64,000 nucleotides of DNA, from assembly GCF_009914755.1 (NCBI RefSeq), contig NC_060935.1; one strand, written 5' to 3'. Below are positions 11,888 to 22,300 of the stretch, piece by piece (within the stretch, counting starts at the first letter, position 1; every line of letters begins with the position of its first letter). Made by a program: the position numbers and the translations under genes. The stretch comes from the human T2T-CHM13v2.0 reference genome, Homo sapiens. A model generated the notes under the pieces. It was not told the DNA's origin and made no database searches. It was given only the letters and a program-made list of their open reading frames with translations.

Positions 11888-14038
11888 TTAAGCTGGACTC
11901 TGCCCCTGCTCTTGGTAAGTGGTGTCTCCAGTTGCTGCAGTGCCTGGAACCAAACTCTGCCTTTCCTCAATTGCCTGATATGCTTTCTTCTTGAACTTCC
12001 GGGTGCCGTAGATGGCCAAGGTGATAACAACAGCCAGAATGGTGGTGACCCCCACTGTGACCCCAGCTGCAGCCCCTCCTGACAGACCACCACCATCCCC
12101 ATGGATGACATTCATGGCCCTCCGCAGCTCTATCGGTTCTCCCAGCCTCCACTGGTGGGTCTGGGAGTCTTTAATCCAGGATCTCGCATTCTCAGAATTG
12201 GTCACTATGACAGTATTGGTGGCAGCCTGACTCATGAGGGGTGGCCGGGTGAAAGGTGGGAGCCTGGCAGGGGGCAGGGACCCTCCTGTGAAGAGCCCGG
12301 ATTTGACGCAATAGGACACTTGGCATCCATCGCTGATGAGGGCTGGGTGCTGGCTGAAGCCCCCGGGGCACTTTTTCAGAGACGGTGCCCCTAAATCTCT
12401 GGATATAGCAGGATCTACCAGGGGGTTCCCAACTGTGCAGCTAAAGAACCCGCCAAAGGGGACCGCAAACCTGCTTCCCAACTCATAGTCCTGAGAAACA
12501 CATACCTTGAGGTTTTCAAAGAGTCTCAGTGGAAAGTAGCCGGCTGGGCATGACTGTGCATTTGTCATGGGGTTTATGCTCTTGCTGCTGAAGAGGCCCC
12601 CAAAAAGCAGTCCTGAGTTTTCAGGTACTTGGCTGCTGGTCACACACCAAAAAGCCCTAAATTCAGCTTTTGCCACCTGGAACACATCTTCACACACGGT
12701 CTTGCAGAAGACGAGGAGAGTGCACTTTCGATGACACTCCAGGTGGTTGTAACCCTCCTCGTGGATCTGGGATAACAGGTGCACCGGGGAGTAGCCAGAG
12801 GGGCAGGAGAAATCACCAGTGAGTGGATTCTTCTGCTCCAACTTTTGGCAGAGGAGGACATCCCTATTCCCTGAGAGCTGAGTGCATTCCTGATAAACCC
12901 CACCGAAAGAGAAGTTGGTCATTTTCCCCTCGCAGGAGCCATCATCCGTGTTGGCCTGAAAATTGAAGTTGGGAGAATTGAGATCTGTGCAGCCAGGGTA
13001 GGTGTTGAATGTATAATAGCGCTTCACAGCAGTTTCCACTGTCTTTGACACCTTCTTCACCAGGGGGCCTGGCAAGTCAGGTAGCATGTTGGGGTTGATG
13101 AAGAAATGCAGCGGCAGGCCAGAGCGGTCGATGGCCACCAGGTGGTTGGTGATACCCTGCTGCCAGGCCTGGAGGGTGATGCCTGGGTAAAAAGGAACCC
13201 CTCCAATGCTCTGCACCCTGGAGTTGGTTCGGTTTGAGAGGTAGCTCTTGGTGAGGACATTCTGCGAGGTATAGTTTTCCTCAAATTTGAAGTTCACGGT
13301 GTTTTGAAAGGCAAGTCCAGCAGAGGCGGTCACGGCACTACGACTGCTCTGGCTGTCTTGGAGGAAGGAGGCCCTGAGGTGGTCCTCCTGAATAAGAGCA
13401 GCCCCAGCGTCGACACTGGTGGTGACGTGGGTGCCATAGTTGAGCACCAGGAGTTCTGCCAGGTAGGTGGCCATCCTCGTCTGGTTGTTCTCTAGACGGT
13501 CAGAGATGTCAAGGAGTTCCTTCCTAAAACCTGAGCTTAGCTCTAAAGTTGGGTTGATTTTGACTGTGTAGACGAGGTTTCTTACCTGAACTCGGGTAGT
13601 TATAGCTTGGTCCTTCACTTGGAGGGTCTTCATCCTCTGGAACTCAGTGGAAAACTTGCCATTGACTTTGGAAAAAAGAGAGAGTTCTGTGTTGATGGAG
13701 TAGGAGGTGCTACTCTGGTAATTTGCCCAGGATTCCAGGATTTCTGAGTTCATCTCCAGGTTGCTCTGTTTCTGGGGAATGGTGAAGATTTCATCAGGGA
13801 TGATATACTGTCCATCCTCTGTTGTCCTGCAGTTGGAGTAAGTCAATTCCATAACTCGTCCCATGTCCACATTCCGCAGATTGTCCCAGCCCCCTCCAGG
13901 TAGGACTTCCAGGACAGGTAGTTTCAAGGCATTCTTGCATTTTTGAACTCCAACTTCGTCCATCTCTCCCGAAGGCTTGCCTGATTTAGCCCATGCTGCC
14001 GCTGCCCAGAAGAGGATGGTGGCCCTGAAGTTGTTCAT
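11888..14038 (-). CDS. MPEG1: Macrophage-expressed gene 1 / perforin-2 (716 aa): signal peptide, MACPF domain, Cys-rich EGF-like and P2 regions, C-terminal TM helix, cytosolic tail
   Basis: Single uninterrupted 716-aa ORF; Kozak gccATGa; MACPF signature YGTHV...G; TM segment [19 protein letters not shown] followed by basic RKFKKK. Confidence 0.98.
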
Positions 14039-14099
14039 GGCTCAGACAGCCCCAGCCACTCACCAGCCCTACACAGCGGCCAGCAAGCTTTGGGCAAAC

Positions 14100-14870
14100 T
14101 AAGATGGAGAAAACAGAAGCAGATGATGAAGCGGAAAACTCATGAGTTCTCTAAAAGCTACAAGTTCCTCTTTAAGCTAATTTAATGACAAAATGGGGAA
14201 ACGAGAGTTGGTTGGAATATTAAAGACCATCAGGTCTTTGAAGAATTTATGCCGTACTAAACATGCAAACACACCCCTACATGCCTAACAGGTAGCTATC
14301 CTAATTTTTCCCCCAGCTCTGGCTGGTTACTCTGCTGCAGGGGTGTGCACTTAGAAAAAAATCCCGACCCCACACCCTACTGCTTCCTCCACCAGAAAGT
14401 TTGGCTTTGCTTTTTGCTCATTCTCTTGGACTTGATGTTTCATATTTTCCCTGACTGCTGTCTCTTGGGACTCCATTATCAGTTTTCTTTTACTATAAAT
14501 GCAGAGGCAAATGACCACACCACCCTTACTGAAACACCCTGGCTCCACCATACCTATGCAAGCTGTTAGTCAAGGCCAACCCTGGGTTTCCTCTTTGCCT
14601 GAGGGTGGAGGCTGTTTCCACAAAAGAAAGGAGTGAAACTCTTGGACACTTGTCCTGTGGGTTTCACTGTTATGAACCATAGCAATTCTGTCTTTGGGGA
14701 TGGCATTGTCTGGAGCACAGCTGACAGGGCCTGAAGAGGATTCGGTTGCAATATGCTGGGAAACCCCAATTTGCATTGTCCTAAGCATTCAAAGCGAGGG
14801 CAAGGAACTCCTACACTGTGTTGTTTTCATTCAGATAGAAATGTTCAAGACAAAACCACACTATTATCTA
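14100..14870 (-). promoter_or_regulatory. MPEG1 proximal promoter with PU.1/ETS, IRF-like and RUNX motifs
   Basis: AAAGAGGAACTT on the - strand at 14162-14173 (PU.1 box); GCGGAA at 14131-14136; further GAGGAA on - near 14383-14389 and 14586-14594; GAGTGAAACT near 14631-14640; AACCACA near 14854-14860. Confidence 0.65.
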
Positions 14871-15567
14871 GATTTTGATTTATCAACAGCAGACAGGGGC
14901 CAAGGAACATATGTGTATGTGTACACACATTTATATATCCTCTGTGTGTGTGCATTTTGTATGAAGTTGGTACCTGTTATACCTTTAATTTTTTGTTCCA
15001 TTGCTAAGTGTGTGTAATCAGTTTAGGTGGATAAAAAAGAATGTGGCTCTTCACTACCCAATATTTTTTCTAAAAGCAAAAATTCATTTGCTATATCATT
15101 AGAAGAATATAATTACATGAGTTTCTTTTCAAGTTCCAATGCCAGCTCTATTAGAGCCCATAATTTAAAACAATGGTGACAGGTTTGATTGAAACCCAAC
15201 TCTGTTAATTCTTTGGGACAATTAGGCTATGTCTTAGTATGCTTAGTGGTAGCCAGGGAATCCAGAGGACTTAGTGAAGCTCCCAGTTGCATCCTTAACA
15301 TTCCCAAGATTATACCATGAACTAGATACAGTACTGAGACTGAAAAAGTCATGTTGCAATTCACAGGTATCACTACACCATCACCTGTATGCATCCTGGA
15401 AGGAAGGTTCCAAGGAGTTGAATTCCTCTGTTGGTTATTAATGCAGCAAAGAAGTGTTTTTAGAAAGAATGAGGCTAGTTATCTTGCTTCCCAGGCTGGG
15501 CTTCACCAGTTATTATCAAAACCATGATGGTGTTCTATAAATCTAGAAATACTGCATTCCGGGTATA

Positions 15568-15872
15568 TTTTTTTTTCCAAGACAGGGTCTTGCTTATTGC
15601 CCAGGCTTGAGTGCAGTAGCTATTCACAGGCATGGTCCCACTACTAATCAGCATAGGAGTTTTGACCTGCTCCATTTCCAACCTGGACCCGTTTAGCCCT
15701 CCTTAGGCAACCTGGTGATTTGCTCCAAGGAGGCCACCATATTGATGCTGAGCTTAGTGCAGACACCCAACTGGCATAGCACACTACAGCCCAGAACTCA
15801 TGGATTCAAGCAATCCTCCCACATCAGCTTCCCAGGAATCTGGGACTGCAGTCATGCACCACCACACCTGGC
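15568..15872 (-). pseudogene. 7SL (SRP RNA) processed pseudogene
   Basis: Alu-like ends flank the SRP S-domain (gacctgctcc, ccctccttaggcaacctgg, ccatattgatgc); poly-T on +; degenerate TSD cattccgggtata / cattctggttcta (10/13). Confidence 0.9.
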
Positions 15873-16504
15873 CATTCTGGTTCTATTTGTGCCACAGTTA
15901 TCATGCTTCTGGGAAGTGACACCAGCCACCTAAGAGGGATTAATTTATGAACCAGTGCCTAGTCTGTATTTGGCTAAAGAACCAAATCTTTGCACAGGAT
16001 GTTCTAGTTAATTTATAAATCAGTTAGCCATAAATTTATACCTCAGCAGCATGATCCCAGAATTAGAAAAATGAGAGTTGAATGCCCTTGAGTACTTCCA
16101 ATAAGTCTGTTGAAATACCTACATACTTCTCTTCAAACTATTTCTGGGATGGTTCATCAAAATTAGAATACTCTCACACTGCTTTGGAGACAAGCTGACA
16201 ATTTGTTACCCTCTGCTTTCTCTTTAGTAGACCCTGTTGAGAGCTCACTCTCCTGAAATGAGAATACAAGCAAGGTTAATACAGACAATTCTATATTCAG
16301 GTGTTCCTATGTCTCCAGACGTCTAGTCACTGTATTTTTTATTCTATAGACTTTGTCTTCATTTTATCATAGGAAAAAAAAATTGAAAATAGCAGAAAGA
16401 GCCAACAACGGTAAAATTACATTGTACCCATAAGACAAAATATTGTATAGCCATCACAATTATTTAAAACTATTTTAATAACATGAGAAATTCTTATGCC
16501 ATAA

Positions 16505-17118
16505 TGTTACTGGAAAGGGTTCCCAATGCAGACCTCAAGAGAGAGTTCTTGGACTTTGTGCAAGAAGGACCAGGGCAAGTCCACAGAGTAAGGTGAAAGT
16601 AAGTTTATTAGAGAAGTAAAGAAACAAAAGAATGGCTACTCCATAGGCAGAGCAGAAGTATGTGCTGCTTGATTAAGGATACTTATCATTATTTCTTAAT
16701 TATATGCTAAACAAGGGGTGGATTAATCATGAGTTTTCTGGGAAAGAGGTGGGCAATTCCCAGAACTAAGGGTTCCTCTCCTTTTTAGACTATACAGGGT
16801 AACTTCTGGAAATTGGCAGTCATGGCACTGGTGGAAACATCTTTTAGCATGCGAATGCACTACAATTAGTGTATAATGAACAATGAGGATGACCAGAGTT
16901 CACTCTTGTCGCCATCTTAGTTTTGGTGGGTTTTGGCTGCCTTCTTTACTGCATGCTCTTTTATCAGAAAGATCTTTGTGATCTGTATCTGTATCTTATG
17001 CCAATCTTCTATCTCATCCCATGACTTAGAATACTTAACCCTCTGGGAATGCAGCCCAGCCTTCTTTTACCCAGCCCCTATTCGAGATGGAGTTATTCTG
17101 ATTCAAATATCTCTGACA
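16505..17118 (-). mobile_element. MER41 (MER41B-like) ERV1 solo LTR
   Basis: The - strand starts TGTCAGAG..TTTGAA..AGA..ACTCCATCT.GAATAGGGGCTGGGTAAAA (MER41 5' end); TG..CA termini; 4-bp TSD ataa. Confidence 0.88.
16736..16765. promoter_or_regulatory. Tandem GAS (STAT) sites TTCTGGGAA (16736-16744) and TTCCCAGAA (16757-16765) within MER41
   Basis: Both match TTCNNNGAA; they are mutual reverse complements, 21 bp start-to-start. Confidence 0.75.
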
Positions 17119-17332
17119 ATAATGTTATGAAAAAAAAGAATGATAAACATTCAGCATGACCCCAACTATGTACATAACTAGAGGGATGTACGCCAATGCA
17201 TAGACAGTAATTACATCTGGTTGAGAGGTTTTTCTAAATTATTTTAATTTTTTCCTCTTTTCTGTGTTTTTTGAGTTTTCAACAATGAGCATGTATTTAT
17301 TAACTCGAGAAATTTGTATTCAGAGCCTATTA

Positions 17333-17781
<449 letters not shown>

Positions 17782-17799
17782 CTATGGATTATGTGACTG

Positions 17800-18360
17800 C
17801 TGTGCTCAAGGAAGTTCTCTTTCCAGTTCTCTGGGAAACAGTGAAAGGAGAAGTGCAAATGATGGGAAATTTGGCTTAACTTAATTTTACATACCAGGAG
17901 CAGAAGAACTGCTCATAACAGTCACATATGAGGAAGTGGTGACCAGTGCATTTTACCCACAACTTTTCTGTTTTATTCTGTTCACCAGAAATTTCCTTTG
18001 CTTTTTCTTGTACTGGAATGCATATGCAGTCACATAACCTCCCCAGATGGCCACACTTGAGGAGTAATGGCCTGTGGCTAACACTGATCTCTAAAAGAAA
18101 GAGGCATCTTGTCTACAAAAACTTTGCATCTGCGTTGCTGAACGGCGATTTCACTTCCTCCAAAAAGAGGCAAGAAGGAAGTCCCACATCTGCTTTCTTT
18201 CTCTGTTTGATCCCGTGCAACCTTCTGACACCATCTCATTCAGCGCCAAACCGTGATTCATATCTGAGGTTCGCTTCTGTGTGGGCTTGGAACTAATCCA
18301 GGTGTTTCCTACTTCTGCATTTCACCTGTGGTCTAAAATGGGGAGGAAAGTCTAGTTGCA
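17800..18360. promoter_or_regulatory. Candidate myeloid enhancer: PU.1 site plus EICE
   Basis: GAGGAAGT at 17930-17937; TTTCACTTCCTC at 18149-18160 (= GAGGAAGTGAAA, ETS-IRF composite); TGTGGT near 18327; several CpGs retained in non-repeat DNA. Confidence 0.55.
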
Positions 18361-18934
18361 TTTGCTGGGACAATTCCCTTTCAGCAGGAATCTAGGAAAC
18401 CAGTGTGAAAACTGATGGTTAAATAATTACTAAGTAGATCAGAGAACTATGGCTTTTAAAGACTTTGCAGTAAACTTTGTTATGGAAAATCTGGAAAGTA
18501 TCAGTGAACAAAGTGGCAGTATTTTCCTTTCTGAACAGTTGATTCCTAGCCTGACGTTTTAAGAGTTGCGTTGTCAGCTTCTTCCCCTCAGAGGCTCTTC
18601 TTTCCACCAGGATCATTTGGTGATCTGACCACAAAACTAAGAACATAGTGATTTCATGACTCCTTTTAATCTGGAGGGTGAAAACAGGAGGCCCATGTGA
18701 AGTGTTGCATATTCCCATTAAAAGCTAGGCCAGAATTTGATGGCCTAAGCCATTTCATTTCTGTTCTCTATTAGCACTCTTTTTCTTCCTCTCTCTTCCA
18801 CTTTCCTTGATCCATTTTCTCATCATCAATTATTCCCCTTCTGCTCTTTTTTTTCTCTTTGGCGTTTGCAAATTTAGATTTGGAGGACACATGTCAGTGA
18901 TTTGAGGTGGTACTTCCACTGGACTAAAGAGGAG

Positions 18935-19236
18935 CTGGTTTGAGGGTGTGAGCCTGTAGTCTCAGCTATTCAAGAAGCTGAAGCAGGAGGATCCCTTGAG
19001 CCCAGGAGTTCAAGGCCAGCCTGGCTAACATAGTGAGACACTGAAAAAAAAAAGCAAGAAAGCAGGAAGGAAGGAAGGAAGGAGGGAAGGAAGGAAGGAG
19101 GGAGGAAGGGAGGGAGGGAGGGGAGGAAGGGAGGGAGGGAGGGAAGGAAGGAAGGAAGGAAGGAAGGAAGGAAGGAAAAGAAAAGAAGAGACAAGAAAAG
19201 AAAAAGAAAAACAAAAGAAAAGAAAAAGAAGAAGGA
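18935..19236 (+). repeat. Monomeric Alu (FLAM-like) with an expanded polypurine tail containing (GGAA)9
   Basis: Alu monomer ~18935-19053; purine-rich tract 19054-19236; (GGAA)9 at 19142-19177. Confidence 0.85.
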
Positions 19237-20715
19237 CACCCTGATGTGGCAAAAGCTTAGCCCTTTTGGCCTGTAGGCTTCCACACTCCTCTTCCATGTC
19301 ATGGCAGACATCACTGAGCAGTAATACCCTTGATTTCCACTGAGCCCTGAAGTTGCCTCAACATCATTCTCAACACAGTTCTCTAGGACATTCTAGTGAA
19401 AGCCTAATTCATCAATCCATTAAATAAATACTCCTTGAGCATCTGTTATTGGTCATTTGAAGAGTCTAGGAGACAGAGTAAGCCCTGAGAGCCATTGTTT
19501 CCTCTCCGTCTATCCTCCAAGCTACGCTCTACAAAGATTGAGCATTAGGACCAACTTACTTCCACTGCCCATCTGCCTTCAGGCTCCCAAATAACATTAG
19601 CCTAATATAAAAAGTACCTCTTGCATTATCCTTCAGCCGAAAACAGTTTAGTATGAAGAGCTTTGCACACACAGGACTGGAAACACAGTGGAATTTCTCT
19701 TAGGTCCTCATTTCTCCAGTCTCCACTTCTTCCCTCTCATGTAACTTCCTTCTTAAGGAAGATATGAATAAAAGCAGTGATGGAGTTGCATTTGGTCTCT
19801 CTGGATTAACTGCTGTCAGACTTCATATTTCTAAGTTTGTTTCATTATTAGGTAACATAAAACCAGTCTCACGTTCAATCTTTTCTTCTTTTACGATGGG
19901 ATATTCAGATAAACTTTGAGAAGAAGCAAAGTAAAATTGCCACCATTTTTCTTTCTGCCTGAAATCACCATGAATAAGTTAAGGTGAAAACAAGCAATTT
20001 AAGTGAAGTGATTCTTCTATCACAGAATTATATAGAATTTGGAGCTTTGGGTCCTCTATTGAAATGTTCACATTGCCTCTTCTATTTATTGATAATCTTA
20101 ATACGAGATTAAGAGCAAAGCCTGGACTGTGAGTCTATTCAGTCCCTCAACTTTGTTCTTGCTTTGCTAGTCACTCAAATATCTCAACTGCTAGACTGAC
20201 AAATATAGATGGAAAATAGAGGTTTCAGAATTGAAATACAGGCAACATTCTGGCTCAATAGATGACTTTGTGCAAGTCCTGGAGTTTCCCTAAGCCCTCA
20301 TCTTACCAACTGTGAAACACAAACAATAGGAGCTTCCTCTATACAGTAGATGAAGTTGCTAAGAGGATTGACTGCAATCATCCATGTAAATCTCAACGTG
20401 GTGCAGGCAGGAGCTCAATGTATATCAGCTCTCAGCTTTGCTTGCTGTACAGTCTTCAGGATGGGAGTGGGGGGAAAGGCATGTTAGAGCATCTCAGAAG
20501 CTTGACTTTCCTCCCCAGTTATGGATTTGACAGTATGAGAAGTCATATTGACTCAGAGAGACCACCTGACTATTGTTTACTAATATCCTAAACAAAGGTA
20601 TGAATATCTTTCAGAAAAACAATCTGGTTGCAATGGCATCTGGATTAATGACACAGGTAAATGAGAAGTGATTGGTTGGTTGCTTTATCAAAAAATTCAT
20701 TTTAGGAGTGTTTTA

Positions 20716-20930
20716 CAAAGGGGTTGCCAAACTTTTTTCTATAAATGAGAAGCTAGTAAATATTCTGGGCTTTGCAATCAAATGGTCTCTGTGGTAACTA
20801 CCTAGCTCTGCCACTGTAGTACAAAAGTAGGTGATAGGAAAATCAGTGAGCATGAGTGTGTTCCAATCAATCTTTTTAAAAATAAGTTGAGGCTGGATTT
20901 GGCCTATAGTCTGTAGTTTACTGACCCTCA
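20716..20930. mobile_element. MER58A-like hAT element
   Basis: aggggttgccaaactttt...tagtaaatatt...ctctgccactgtag...gtttactgaccct. Confidence 0.7.
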
Positions 20931-22114
20931 ATTTAGAATGATAGAATTATAGAATCTCATATTTAAAAAGGACCTGTCTTCCCAGCCAATGATTTAACAT
21001 CCTCCAATAAAGTCTGACAAAGTGGTCATCCAACCTCTGCTTGGATGCATCCAGATCATGGGGGCTCCCTAGCTCCTGTGAAGACAGTTCTGATCTTAAA
21101 ACACTCCTGCTTCAACTGATCCCAAATGATCTGTTTGATCTTCTGGTGGCTGACCGCATTCTTCTTCTATGCTGCGACTGTCTTGGCAGTGATGCTGTAT
21201 ATTGTATCCAAGCATAATAAGATGGTAGCCTTAGATGGCCATGAGCCTAGAGGTCCTGTGAGGATGTGACTGTATCTATCTTGTTTACTGACTAATTGGA
21301 ATGAACGAGGACCACAATGCAAGGGTCCCAGAGGCCTCCTGTTGGGTCAGTTTTTTTTCGTTACTGGAGAATTTCAGTGGTTTTCAGGTCAGAGATCAAG
21401 ATGAATAGGGCAATTAATGTGCTTGAAGAAGCACCAGTTAACTTTCAAGAAGAAAATATTTCAATACTTCCACAATCCCTCAAAGTGTGGATTTTCTTCT
21501 GAAAAAGTCCTACATGACCCAGAAGAGTCCTGCCCTACATGATAACTGTGAGGCAGGAGACACCCAATTTCCTGGGAGAGCTATGAGGCTTTCCTCAATT
21601 TCAACCTAACATAAGTGGGAAATATTTACAAACTTAGGGACAATTTAATATGTAAGAAAATTTTGCAGTGAGCATTAGGAAGGGTTGTAGAGGCAACCTC
21701 AATTGAAGAGCTATCTTTTGAGGGGCAGGTAAAAAGAGGGGTGGGGGCAGTGACTCAAACCTGAAGTGCTCTCTGTAGCACCTGGGCAGTGCCTGCTGTT
21801 TATCTAGGTTGGGCTACTTCCTAAATTCTCCAAGCTAATTTCTGCTTGTCCTCATATTTCAGTTTAAACATGATTTCTTCCTAGAAGCCACTGTTGAATC
21901 CATAGGCCTATGTTGTAAGATAACAATTTATGTGCCTCCCTAGATTCCATCAGCAGCACCAGCTTCCCAAGCCTTGGCTACTCCCTCTGTGTAGATTCCC
22001 AGGTTGTCCTCCATCCCCTCACCTCCAAAACCACTTGCCTCTCTCCCAGGAAGAGGCCTGGGCTCTGGCATGGTCTCCCCCTCCCCAGTGGTTCCTATGC
22101 AAGTCCAGCAAGAG

Positions 22115-22300
22115 TAGGGTTGCTAGATTTAACAAATACAAATTCAGGGCACCCAGTTAAATTTGAATTTCACATAAACAGTGAATATGTTTTTTAGTAT
22201 AAATATGTCTCATGCAATACTTGGGGAATAAAAAAATTATTCATTGTTTATCGAAAATTCAATTTTAACTGAGCATCCTGTACTTTATCTGAAGACCCTA
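22115..22300. mobile_element. MER53-like palindromic DNA-transposon remnant, probably nested in an ERVL-type LTR (~21910-22720)
   Basis: tagggttgctagat...ccagttaaatttgaattt / aattcaattttaactg...accct inverted arms. Confidence 0.6.

Noticed and set aside
18966-19314. ORFs rich in PSF/LPS repeats
   Set aside because: They are the reverse strand of the (GGAA)n tract and the Alu monomer
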